DNA of 64,000 nt from Rhina ancylostomus (Eukaryota). Made by a program: the position numbers and the translations under genes. Position 1 is the first letter of the stretch. Every line of letters starts with the position of its first letter. The DNA lies in contig JARFYF010000050.1 in assembly GCA_030265395.1 (NCBI GenBank), positions 24,640,861 through 24,704,860 on the forward strand. The letters are read 5' to 3'. Of the stretch, positions 54,601 to 61,440 are shown piece by piece. Below the pieces are notes generated by a model that saw only the letters and a program-made list of their open reading frames with translations, ran no database searches and was not told where the DNA came from.

Positions 54601-57600
54601 CACAATGCAGCAAGATTTTATCAACTAGATGTCTAAAGCTATGCCATCAATGGGTCCCTCATAAAGGATACCACTGTGTGGCCAGGGATCAGCCTGGTTC
54701 CACTTCAGGGACAGTGTGCCTTCATGGAGATGCTGGTGACAGCTTTGAGATGGGCAGCGAACAGGAGCAGTCCTCTTCTGAAGAAAAGTTTTTAAAATAT
54801 TTGAACAATAGTAAAACTGCCAAACAGATCTTTAAACTGCTGAAATCTTCAAAGTCCATTACAGACATAATGGCTGCTTCTGCCTTGCTTAAAATATCAC
54901 AGGTTGAAAAAGATGGCAATGGCCTGAGAAACCCTGCAGTACTGCTGGAAAATGAAACAGTCAAGGCATTATGTTTCCAGTTTGAGCAAGAGTCGGAGAA
55001 GCTGAGTACTAGAGCGCTGGTGACTGCACTGTATGCTTGCGTCCAATTGTACGTGGACCCGCAGAGCACTCTCATGATGACACTGTTGTCTGAAAGTCAA
55101 GAGAGGCTTGGCAAAGGTCAGATGTTTATTAAGGACTTGTGTTTGCTGGGCAAGGCCTTTCTGGACTTGGAGGGCCCAGGCTGTGGGATACTTAAGCAAA
55201 TAATGGAGCAAGTTCAGGGACAGAAAGTGGACATCTGGACATCTGAAGAATTAACAATGGTTTATGACCTGCTGGGGGCCGGTGTGGGAGAAGGAGGAAA
55301 TTACCAGGAGCTGCTAAACAAGATGAATTCCTGTTCCCTTCATTTAGCTTCCAGGCTGAGCCATAAAGCCAAAAGTGATATACTCAATGCAATGGTTGTT
55401 CTCAAGCAAACCCAAGCAATTCTTTTGGTAAATAATCTCTGTAAACATTCAGTGCGACACGTTCCTCATTTCTCAGACCAGGAGCTCATACCAGTACTGA
55501 ACGCTCTAATGTGCTTTGGAATCAGCGACAGGTTTTTTATTGATGCCCTGGAACGAAATATCCCCAAAAAAACTTTTGTCATGCAGCCCGAGGCGATCAG
55601 TAAAGTGATGCAATATTGCAACCAGCAGCGGATCCTTTCACCACCCATATTTGATGCAGTTGCTGAGAGCTTTGTTTACAATTCAGACAACTTTACAACG
55701 AAAGAAATTGCCTTACAAATTATGCCATTTGGTAGGTTAAATTATTTGCCTCCAAATGCAGGTCAGTTGTTCCGAAAGATTGAAAGCCTATTAAAGGGCC
55801 GATTTTCACAATTTCAGCCTCAAACTCTACTGAATCTGCTTCATTCCTGTATATTAATAGAACGATTTCCTGTGAACTTTGTATCCAAAATCTTTAGTCC
55901 CTACTTTCTACAGCTGCTAGAAGGTGAGCCTATTTGTTTAATTACAAACTCCTCCTACCTTGCTTACCATTTTGGTTCGGTAGAACCAAAGTAATCTCTC
56001 ATTCATTTGTGTCATTGTAAAGTATTAACTATTTCAGATTATAAAATGTAAAGTAACATTTTTATCATTAAATTATTGGAGTTTTTTGGAAGACTTGAAA
56101 ATTTGTCCCAGTTCTGAGGTTTTATTCAATTGATTCAGATGCACAGTTGAACTTCATAGTTAGAACGACCAGTGATAAAGTATTTGGGATGCTACAGTTG
56201 ATAGTGTGTGTTTTTGTTTGCATTCTAGTGGATTTTATAATTCAGTTTTCTCCTGCTATTGATTCTACTCTCCTCGTCCTGCCTAAAGGATTCGGTGATC
56301 CTGCTGTGACAAAATCAGTTCCCCAATATCTTACTAAAATGTATTTGCTGCTTAATTTGGAAGGGAGAGCAATTTTGAAAACTGGTAAACTGGGAAAATT
56401 GAAGAAAAATATTTTGGTATAATACAGCTTTATTTTGTTCTTCAAGAATGTATTTAATTACTGGGCATTTCAGCAAGAGGCACATTTGAAACAATATCCC
56501 AGCAGGTAGTGAGTGCTTTTGCAGGAAGTGGTTGGGGAGTGCATGGGGAAAGAAAATGAGTATCAACCAGGGAAGAGACCATACTAGACCTTGTACTGGG
56601 AAATGAGCCTGGCCAGATGTTTGTAATTTCAGTGGGAGAGCATTTTGGGAACAGTGATCATCTGATTTAAGATGGTCATGGATAAGAATAAGACTGGATC
56701 TTGGTAGGGAGCAGGGGGAGGGAAGTGCTAAACTGAGGGAGAGCTAATTACGACAGTATTCATCGGGAACTGGGAAGGGTGGATTGGGAACACTTGTTAT
56801 CTGACGGCTTTTAAACACCAGCTGGTTAGAATTCAGGAGCAGTATGTTCCTCTGAAGATGAAAGCTGAAGATGACGAGAGGTGTTGTAAGTTAAGTCAAA
56901 AAGAAAAAAGGAAGCCTATCTAAGTATTAGGAAGCTGAAATCAGATAAGGTCCTTGTGGAATGTAAAGGAAGCAGGAAAGAACTTAAGCAAGGGATCAGG
57001 AGGGCTAAAATGGACCATGAAATGTCCCTGGCAAGTAGATTAAGGAAAATTCCAAGGCATTTTATAGATGTATTAAAAACAAGAGGATAGCCAGACAAAA
57101 AGGGTAGGTCCACTCTAGGATAAAGGATAGAATTTATGCCTGGAGCCAGTGAAAGTGAGTGAGGTAGTAAATGAACATTTTGCATCGTATTCACCAAGGT
57201 GAAGGATATGGATGATAATGAAATTGGAGAAGGGCATGTTGATATTCAGAAGAAGGAGGTGATGGGTCTCTTAAAGAACATTAAGGTGGGATATCTCCCA
57301 GGGCCTGATGGATCTATNNNNNNNNNNNNNNNNNNNNNNNNNNNNNNNNNNNNNNNNNNNNNNNNNNNNNNNNNNNNNNNNNNNNNNNNNNNNNNNNNNN
57401 NNNNNNNNNNNNNNNNNCCCCTCTCTTCTCTATACTGCCCCATCTTGTCTCTCCACTCTCAGCAGTCCCGATGCAGGGTTTCAACCTGAAACATCGACAA
57501 TTCCTTTCTCCCACAGATGCTGCTTGACCCGTTCTGTTCTTCCAGCAGACTGTTTGTTGTTCCAGATTCTAGCATCTGCAGTCTCTTGTGTCTCCTGTCC

Positions 57601-60335
57601 CTCTGGATATTCACACAACAAAACTTTTCCAAAAAGTGTTCCAAATGATTGAGGAAATTTTGTGAAGAGATGTAAATAAAATTGAACACACAGAGCCATT
57701 AGTTGTTCTCCTCTAAGCCAGAGGTGGTCATAATGCATTTGGGACACAGCTTGTGTCACTGTTTTGTTTTAGCAGATATCATTTTGATCTTTATAAAGGT
57801 AGATATATGCCCTTAGCAGGCTTGAAGAAATAAACTTCCCAAAGGATGAAACTCATCCTTGGCTTTTTTTGGACCTTAACATATAATATGTTTCAATGTA
57901 AAATTAAACATTTTGTGAGAAAATATTCCTAAAAAAAACACAGCAACCTCCATCCCAGCCAGAAATATAGACAGCTGTCACTTGAAAGAACTTTGAGTAT
58001 CAGTGTGTCACAATTTGTCTCACTGCTCTCTGGGAAATGGACCACCTCCTGACATCAAATCAATTCCTGGTTTATAACTTGAGACTGAGTACTGGTTCAC
58101 CCTCATTCAGTGAGTTGTCAGGTGTTAAAGTATGTGAGAGACAGAGTGTAAGGAATAGTGGAGATACAGAAAAAGGAACACAGACAATTCAAAAGTGGAA
58201 AGAAAAGGCAAGTGACTAGCTTTAATTATATCTGAATAATGTTCCAGGAAAAAGGCAGAGGGTTTTAAGTCTTGGAAATAAAACAGATTACCATTGATAG
58301 ACTTGAAAAAAAAGGAATAATCTTTTAGCAATTTACCGTGTTCTAGCTGAATCCATGTCCAATACTAGTTTTGCTAAATGTTTTCTCTGCTTTTGGATAT
58401 TGGGAATGTCCACCTAAAGAACAGAAACAAATATTCTTTTGTTTTCTTTCTCTGATCATACAAAAACATCCAGCGGAATAGAAATGGATAACTCATTTTT
58501 GATGTTGCAAACCATCAAATTAACATACAATGTGAGGATCAGGCAATCACAACAGTTAAATTATTTAGGTTTAAATTTCACCAAATGTGCAACTGAATTC
58601 TGGAGATTAAATGTGTTGCATATTCCAAATGATAACTGGGTGAGAATTTTGTCTGTGTTCTCCCAAACATCCAGCATAACTTCAGAGGATGCTTTATGCT
58701 ATAGAACTGGAGCTACACCAGGAAACAGGATAAAAGTCCACATTAATGCAGTGGCAGTTGACTAATTCTTGGAAAGGGTGGGTTACCTCATGAGGAAGGG
58801 TTGGACAGACTTGGCTTGAATCTGCTGGAACTTATAGGTTAAGATCCTGATGGGTGTCAGCAGGGTGGATGTGGAGAGTATGCTTCCTCTTGGAGAAGAT
58901 TCAAGAACAAGGGATCACTGTTTAAAAATATAGGGTTCCATATTCAAGACTGAGATGAAATAAAATTTTGTTTCACAGAGGGGTTGAGTTGTTTGAACTC
59001 TCTTCCTCAAATAATGGTGGAAGCAGACTCTTTGAATATTTTTAAGGCAGAGGTGGATAGAGACATAATAAGCTAGAAGATGAAAGGATACCACAAGTAG
59101 ATGGGAATGCAGATTTGAGGCTACAATTGGAATAACCATGATCTTATCGAATGGTAGAGAAGGGCTGAGGGTCCGACTGCTGCTGTGAATTTGTATTTAT
59201 GCTTTCAGAAATGACTGGGTGACTGTATACCCTGAATGAAAGCAACAATGCGTACTTGTATAATACCTTGCAAGGAACAAAGACATCTCAATCCACTTTA
59301 CACAAGTATTATTACACAAATTTTGATACTAAGTTTCAGAAGGAGTATTAGTGTAGATAACTAAAAACTTGGTGAAGCAGGTAGGTTTTAGGAGTACCTT
59401 GAGGGAGGAGAGTTGACAGCTTTGAAGGACACATAGGGCCAAGGCAGCTGAAACCACAGTTGGAGATTATGGTAACAGCATGGTGAGAACATGGAGGGAG
59501 GTGATAAAAAGTGTCAGAGAATGATAAAATCAAGGCATCACTTAACCAGGAGCCACCACAGGTCGCCAAGTACAGGACAGACTTGCAAGTTGAGGCATCA
59601 GAAGCCAAGTTTGGGTAACCTCAGGTTAACGAGGCCATCATGAGTTTAAGAGTGAGGGTGAAAAGCCAAAAGGGTAACAAAAGTGTCATTGAAGGTTTCA
59701 GCAGCAGACAGGTTCAAGTCAGGGGTAGTTGAACGATGTCCTTGGTGAAAATAGGTAGACTTATTGGAAACCCAGACATATGGTCTGAAGCTGCTCCTGG
59801 GCTCCAAATTGGCACCAAGATTGCCAGAAGTCTTGTTTTGATTCAATGAGGTGCCAGGATGAGGGATGGAATTGGTGGGTGGATGCTGTATAGAGTCAGG
59901 AAATGAATCTTGCAGTGAGAGCCAAAGGCACTGGTTTCAGCCTTCCTAATACTTAGCCAGAGATAATTTTTGCTGATCCAGTACTGCCAATTTGGAGACA
60001 ATGGTGGGGAAAGAGAAACAGAGCTCTTTCTGAAAGCCAGCAAGCTCTTGCTAAACAAATGGGATGAGGGATCGACCCTTAGGGTAGAGTTAGGGAAAAA
60101 GAAACCATTGCAGGTTAATGGCCTTATTCAATATATTGCAATTTTATTTTAGGTTTTAAGCATTTAATATTTTTCAGAGAAAGAGCTTTTGGCCCACCAT
60201 GAAAATTACAGAGCATTTCTTACCTCAGCTAACACAAACAATGGCTCTATCACATCCCTTTCTATCTGTAGCTCAAACAGGATGAGTTCCTGGGCTAGCC
60301 TGTCCTCTGTGTCGCCACACATCTTCAGCATCTTC
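503..60335 (-). CDS. ARHGAP44: Rho GTPase-activating protein 44 (RICH2), partial gene span covering 12 internal coding exons
   Basis: Twelve GT-AG exons with compatible phases join into one ORF matching remembered vertebrate ARHGAP44, from the BAR domain (KMLKMCGDTEDRLAQELILFE) through the RhoGAP domain (GLFRVAASASKLKKLK; NKMTPGNMAIVLGPNLLW) to RRPLSVATDNMMLEFYKKDG. The last segment favours ARHGAP44 over the paralogue ARHGAP17. Confidence 0.95.
815..991 (+). mobile_element. Rex1/Babar-type LINE fragment
   Basis: Degenerate IDATAKKAHQRHHFLRKLKKCGLSP, typical of the RT C-terminal region; ends at an N-gap. Confidence 0.6.
992..1091. other. Assembly gap (100 N). Other gaps: 28489-28588, 33251-33303, 33556-33565, 38709-38808, 41115-41214, 43149-43248, 57318-57417
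   Basis: Runs of N; 100-N runs are usually gaps of unknown size. Confidence 0.99.
1590..1830 (+). mobile_element. 3' end of an L2-group (Crack/Daphne-like) LINE, interrupted by a short CR1 tail
   Basis: cttcctgacttgggc...gttcctttatc...tgggtcaaaattct...ccaccactttctcaag...agggatgggcattaaatgc; similar to the reverse complement of 38530-39030. Confidence 0.5.
1960..2300 (+). mobile_element. RTE-clade LINE 3' fragment
   Basis: Degenerate FKNVLKAYLKTC motif, zinc-finger-like tail (cccacattggcctcatc) and terminal atcctgagggactaccta. Confidence 0.65.
2905..3258. repeat. 31-bp minisatellite, ~12 copies
   Basis: gtgattaca core recurs every 31 bp; consensus approx. cagtgtgtgattacaggatgacca(ctc/taa)cag. 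Confidence 0.95.
3270..3860 (+). mobile_element. RTE-clade LINE 3' fragment with a nested Penelope-derived repeat (~3555-3680, minus strand)
   Basis: ggcagaggaaaagattcaaggaagtgctcaaag (QRKRFK.VLK) and the same tail as 1960-2300; interrupted by gctggaggaactcag...ggcagcatctgtggag. Confidence 0.65.
3895..4445 (+). mobile_element. CR1 LINE 3' fragment
   Basis: Degenerate LVRPCLEF...DILAFETMQKSFTR (CR1 consensus LVRPHLEYCVQFW), followed by a CR1-type 3' UTR. Confidence 0.75.
6240..6690 (+). mobile_element. Rex1/Babar-type LINE 3' end
   Basis: Degenerate LFSLL.LGRRYKSLKSHTT..QDSF.PAVIRLLN, then a tail ending cactgtgcctcagtacatgtgataataa. Confidence 0.7.
7215..7730 (-). mobile_element. Penelope-like element, RT C-terminal/linker remnant
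   Basis: Minus-strand degenerate FVTFAASFH, SISRNRLATIIHYKPTDSHS and QDRVPLVLIFHSTSLHLQWIIL...FP...VFRR, matching the PLE motifs YKPTDSHSYL and DRVPLVLTYHP. Confidence 0.75.
7765..8480. repeat. Cluster of Penelope terminal-repeat-like copies (inverted and tandem)
   Basis: Repeated gatgctgcc(t)gacctgctgagt...tccagcatttt module in both orientations, adjacent to the PLE remnant. Confidence 0.7.
7823..7860 (-). ncRNA. Minimal hammerhead ribozyme motif (PLE-associated), near-intact
   Basis: Minus strand reads GGUU-CUGAUGA-AGGGU(CUUC)AUUCU-GAAA-UGUU-AACU: conserved CUGANGA and GAAA boxes, pairable helix II and helix I. Confidence 0.6.
8830..9325 (+). mobile_element. CR1 LINE 3' fragment
   Basis: caccactctttaggaaggatgtgaaggtc...gagaggtgcagaaaaga; gaaggttgagagaagatttaatagaagt; tail gggccaatggcctcct. 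Confidence 0.7.
11570..11940 (+). mobile_element. Highly degraded CR1 3' fragment
   Basis: gcgcaaaaagaaatttcattaagatgctgc...agagttgtgag...gatggatggtt pattern of CR1 3' ends. Confidence 0.45.
12992..13083 (-). CDS. ARHGAP44: ARHGAP44 exon (92 bp, end of RhoGAP)
   Basis: tacag|ATCCAT...AGGAG|gtaaat; encodes SMTEMMTTVSIQIVGIIEPIIQHADWFFPG(D). Confidence 0.95.
13722..13945 (-). mobile_element. tRNA-derived SINE (HE1/V-SINE-like), degraded
   Basis: catagattcacagagtactgaaacaggccttttgaccc tail and ...ctccaaac...cacgggagcac...ctgtgccactgt head, reverse orientation. Confidence 0.55.
14768..14881 (-). CDS. ARHGAP44: ARHGAP44 exon (114 bp, RhoGAP)
   Basis: tgcag|ATACTT...TGAAGG|gtaagg; encodes YLIKFLAKLTEYQDANKMTPGNMAIVLGPNLLWTANE(G). 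Confidence 0.95.
15020..15380 (-). mobile_element. L2 LINE 3' fragment
   Basis: Resembles 59245-59520 (cagagcatggagcccaggtggctgaatgcac; gaaatgaagggatttaaacaac). Confidence 0.5.
15758..15838 (-). CDS. ARHGAP44: ARHGAP44 exon (81 bp, RhoGAP)
   Basis: accag|TATCCA...TTCAG|gtaaac; encodes IQDQDKRLQALWNACEKLPKANYNNF(R). Confidence 0.95.
17132..17213 (-). CDS. ARHGAP44: ARHGAP44 exon (82 bp, RhoGAP)
   Basis: gtaag|GAGCTC...ATCAAA|gtatgt; encodes ALKSYLRELPEPLMTFELYDEWIQAS(N). Confidence 0.95.
20772..20883 (-). CDS. ARHGAP44: ARHGAP44 exon (112 bp, RhoGAP arginine finger)
   Basis: cccag|GGCCTT...AGCAG|gtatgt; encodes GLFRVAASASKLKKLKASLDCGVLDVQEYSVDPHAVA(G), with the catalytic Arg in GLFR. Confidence 0.95.
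21586..21713 (-). CDS. ARHGAP44: ARHGAP44 exon (128 bp, start of RhoGAP domain)
   Basis: taaag|AGGCTT...GAAGAG|gtacct; encodes AWIEKPSFGKPLEEHLAISGREIAFPVEACVTMLLECGMQEE. Confidence 0.95.
21890..22775 (-). mobile_element. CR1 LINE 3' portion (RT C-terminus + 3' UTR)
   Basis: ORF-track peptides MRGVDKVDGHNLFPRVEESKIGGQRFKVRGERFKSDLRGNFSTQSV and MEFNSDKC...SVVEQRDLG are classic CR1 ORF2. Confidence 0.88.
22800..23090 (+). mobile_element. CR1 LINE 3' end
   Basis: tctagaact...agtctcaggataaggg...ccatttaag...gaggagaattctt...cagagggttgtaaa; head-to-head with the preceding CR1. Confidence 0.65.
23816..23897 (-). CDS. ARHGAP44: ARHGAP44 exon (82 bp, end of BAR domain)
   Basis: cccag|TTAATA...ACAAG|gtaata; encodes LIEVQAEYHRKSLVLLQSILPQIKAQQ(E). 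Confidence 0.95.
24100..24470 (+). mobile_element. Degraded CR1 3' end
   Basis: gatctaattaaaatgttttaaat...ttcctctagtgggg...aggaagcacttattcatac...agcagaacaggctcaagg. Confidence 0.5.
27596..27664 (-). CDS. ARHGAP44: ARHGAP44 exon (69 bp)
   Basis: tgcag|GATCAA...CAGACA|gtgagt; encodes DQLAADMYSFVAKEIDYANYFQT. Confidence 0.95.
31560..31810 (-). mobile_element. HE1/V-SINE-like element
   Basis: aacatgcaaactccaca..acagcaccc..gg.caggattgagcctggg...tggtgctgtgaggca...ctgtgcca (reverse of the tRNA head with B box). Confidence 0.75.
31850..32465 (+). mobile_element. CR1 LINE 3' fragment
   Basis: aagaaggcaaatggtatgttggcc (KKANGMLA), ctggaatattgtgcacag (LEYCAQ) and CR1 tail. Confidence 0.75.
33106..33489. 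mobile_element. Tigger/pogo-like non-autonomous DNA transposon (MITE)
   Basis: TA flanks both ends (33104-5, 33490-1); left end cagatcctccccaggtt resembles the reverse complement of the right end (caggttctgccctggtt); contains an N-gap. Confidence 0.65.
34550..34778 (-). mobile_element. HE1/V-SINE-like element, relatively young
   Basis: tctttggaatgtgggaggaaaccagagcacccggaggaaacccacacagacacagggagaatgtacaaactcc (V-domain core) and gggaattgaacccc (B box). Confidence 0.85.
34999..35116 (-). CDS. ARHGAP44: ARHGAP44 exon (118 bp, BAR domain)
   Basis: atcag|GTGGCAG...TGCAGG|gtacca; encodes WQQSSKSSGLSSNLQSSGAKADALREEMEEAANRVEICR. Confidence 0.95.
35895..36320 (-). mobile_element. CR1 LINE reverse-transcriptase fragment
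   Basis: Peptides SGMGQGLEFVPQLFTMYI...KFADDSKLG (RT FADD motif) and MEYNAEKCEVIHFG...QRDLDVLV. Confidence 0.85.
38530..39030 (-). mobile_element. L2-group (Crack/Daphne-like) LINE 3' portion
   Basis: gcatcactgg...tttatt...tccctaattgcctttgagaaggtggtgagcc...ggtagatggtacacactgcagcca; spans an N-gap. Confidence 0.6.
39890..40990 (-). mobile_element. RTE-clade LINE, RT C-terminal half
   Basis: Peptide INHRLECPSAALAHLRERM.EDQDIKPSTK...VLYASETW...RLPGRQRKRFKNVFKACLKKCNIP, a typical RTE ORF end. Confidence 0.85.
41766..42104 (+). mobile_element. HE1/V-SINE-like element
   Basis: gtagtgctgctgccccacagc...gtttgatcctgaccttgggtg...gtgctctggtttcctcacc..cccaaagatgtgc. Confidence 0.75.
42105..42393 (+). 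mobile_element. HE1/V-SINE-like element, directly adjoining the previous SINE
   Basis: gggtggcacaatggtg head, ctgggttcaatcctgacc B box, gatgctctggtttcctcccac core, tgggctgaagggcctgtttctgtg tail. Confidence 0.8.
44315..44525 (+). mobile_element. Deu-domain SINE (SacSINE1/AmnSINE-like) fragment
   Basis: gggctcgagcataaaaatctaagctgacagcccagttcattgctgaggg and tail aaatgctttgggacatc...tgaaaggcact. Confidence 0.55.
44725..44920 (+). mobile_element. CR1 3' end
   Basis: gtggaggccagatc...aaggtggagatggataaatatttg...gaatggaagagcaggtttgagg...ggcctactcctgatcctattttctt. Confidence 0.75.
44975..45160. repeat. Inverted pair of Penelope terminal-repeat-like modules
   Basis: tattcaacaggccaggcagcatctgtggagag...aatgtttcaggtca pairs with tgacctgaaacatt...ctctccacaggtgctgcctgacctgctgaata. 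Confidence 0.75.
45545..46030 (+). mobile_element. CR1 3' ends (two tandem fragments)
   Basis: gagaagaaacttcgtcactcagagggtggggaatctttggaatt...ggccgactcctgttcctatttcttatgt, then a second gttgtaaatctttggaa... piece. Confidence 0.7.
52735..52835 (-). repeat. Penelope terminal-repeat-like module with degenerate hammerhead motif
   Basis: Minus strand cagtc-ctgatgc-a-aggt(ctca)acct-gaaa-ggtc...cacagatgctgcttgacctgctgagttcttccagcatt. Confidence 0.65.
53775..54130 (+). repeat. Penelope 3'/terminal-repeat-like fragment (pyrimidine-rich) with degenerate hammerhead motif
   Basis: C/T-rich tract followed by cagtc-ttgatgc-agagt(tttg)accc-aaaac-att-gac. Confidence 0.6.
54480..55923 (+). CDS. FASTKD3: FAST kinase domain-containing protein 3 (mitochondrial)-like, large first coding exon (exon 54451-55923; the unspliced ORF runs on to a stop at 55994)
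   Basis: 504-codon ORF with a basic N-terminus lacking acidic residues (mitochondrial-presequence-like) and FASTKD3-type segments RILSPPIFDAVAESFV, IMPFGRLNYLPPNAGQLFRKIE, FQPQTLLNLLHSCILIERFPVNFVSKIFSPYFLQ. Strong acceptor (ttttttttgctctctttttgttatag|, 54450) and donor (GAAG|gtgagc, 55923). Confidence 0.88.
56520..57317 (+). mobile_element. CR1 ORF2 fragment (endonuclease end/linker region)
   Basis: Degenerate ILDLVLGNEPGQ, EHFGNSDH, KGSRKELKQGIRRAK...LASRLRKIP, VMGLLKNIKV...PGPDG; ends at an N-gap. Confidence 0.8.
57418..57595 (+). repeat. Penelope terminal-repeat-like module with hammerhead-like motif
   Basis: cagtc-ccgatgc-agggt(ttca)acct-gaaac-atc-gac...cacagatgctgcttgaccc...tccagcagac...tccagattctagcatctgcagtc. 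Confidence 0.7.
58337..58413 (-). CDS. ARHGAP44: ARHGAP44 exon (77 bp, BAR domain)
   Basis: tttag|GTGGAC...ACACG|gtaaat; encodes VDIPNIQKQRKHLAKLVLDMDSART(R). Confidence 0.95.
58775..59200 (+). mobile_element. CR1 3' fragment
   Basis: atgaggaagggttggacagact...gggtggatgtggagag...tttaaaaata.agggg...gtggaagcagactctttgaatatttttaaggcagaggtggataga. Confidence 0.75.
59245..60010 (-). mobile_element. L2 LINE 3' portion
   Basis: Peptides LWLSIRKAETSAFG and NLGANLEPRSSFRPYV...NKSTYFH resemble L2 LQLNIGKTE and NLGVIFDPELSFRPHI; L2-type 3' tail. Confidence 0.7.
60224..60335 (-). CDS. ARHGAP44: ARHGAP44 exon (112 bp, BAR domain)
   Basis: tgcag|GAAGATG...GCTGAG|gtaaga; encodes (G)KMLKMCGDTEDRLAQELILFELQIERDVIEPLFVLAE. 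Confidence 0.95.
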
Positions 60336-61114
60336 CTGCACAATGAAAGGACAGAGACCATTTACGTACAACTCTCACTGCATAAACAGTCAATCACTAA
60401 ATAAACTGTGCTTCATTGAAATAAGTTCTTCTCTTACTCTCCGTTTATTTTTAGCTTTAGAAAAAAGCAACAGGAATTCCATTTACATATTTGCAACCTT
60501 CCAGAAACAACAAACACATTTTTGTAGCATGTGTATGTTTCCTTTTTTGTACAAAGGGAGCCAGGGGTCAATTTAGGAGAATTTGGTTCATCTTTATAAA
60601 CCAGATACTGCTGCAGCACTTTGCACTAATCAAGAAGTTGTTGATGATGCACATTATTGACAATTGATATATTATATAAATAATGAATAAAAATGCACAA
60701 GGACCTCTCATCCTGATGGATAACCTGTAGAAACTGTTCTACACACTGGTTCAAACAGTTTCAGCCCTGTGAGGATATATATATCAGATGGCAAGATGTT
60801 TGACACAAGATATCAGCATCTCTTCCTCATTATAATGTTTCCTACTGTGGCCCATCATTTGAACATGTTAAACTGAGAGATCTCAATTCTAAAAGCCTCA
60901 AACACTGATAGATGAATATGATACTGATCAAAGGAAACATTTTGACTTTGATCCTTATAACCAAACCATGGGCCATTTGTGACATAAGATCCTTGAGTCT
61001 CCTTGAATCCCATAATGCAATTGTGCTTCCATTTACAACCAGTTTGCTTCTGTTGGCAGAGGGATTCAGTGTCTGTCACCGTCTATCAAGATCAAATTAA
61101 TTATTCAATTGTTA

Positions 61115-61440
61115 GGGCAGCAGAGTGGTGCAGCAGCTGGTGCTACTGCTGGACAGCTCCAGTGACCTGGGTTTGGGTGCTGTTTGTGTGGAGTTTGCAC
61201 ACTCTCTGAAATTATGTGGGTTTACCCCGGGTTGCTCCAGTTTCCTTCCAGATACCAAAGGCACACTGGTAGATTAACTGGCTACTGTAAATTGCCACTA
61301 GTGTGGTGAGTGGCAGGAGAATTGCAGCAAAATTCAGGTATGTTAAAGAAAATAGGTTGCAGGGAAATATACAGGGAATGGCACTGATGAGAATACTCTG
61401 AGGGCTGGCATAGACCAATGGGCTGAACAGCTGCCTACTA
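61115..61440 (+). mobile_element. HE1/V-SINE-like element
   Basis: gggcagcagagtggtgcagc head; tgggtgctgtttgtgtggagtttgcac...gtgggtttaccccgggttgctccagtttcct core; tgggctgaac tail. Confidence 0.8.

Noticed and set aside
54480-55994. FASTKD3 processed pseudogene (retrocopy)
   Set aside because: Similarity stops at a GT donor, a canonical acceptor precedes the ATG, and there is no poly(A) remnant, fused downstream exon or disabling mutation.
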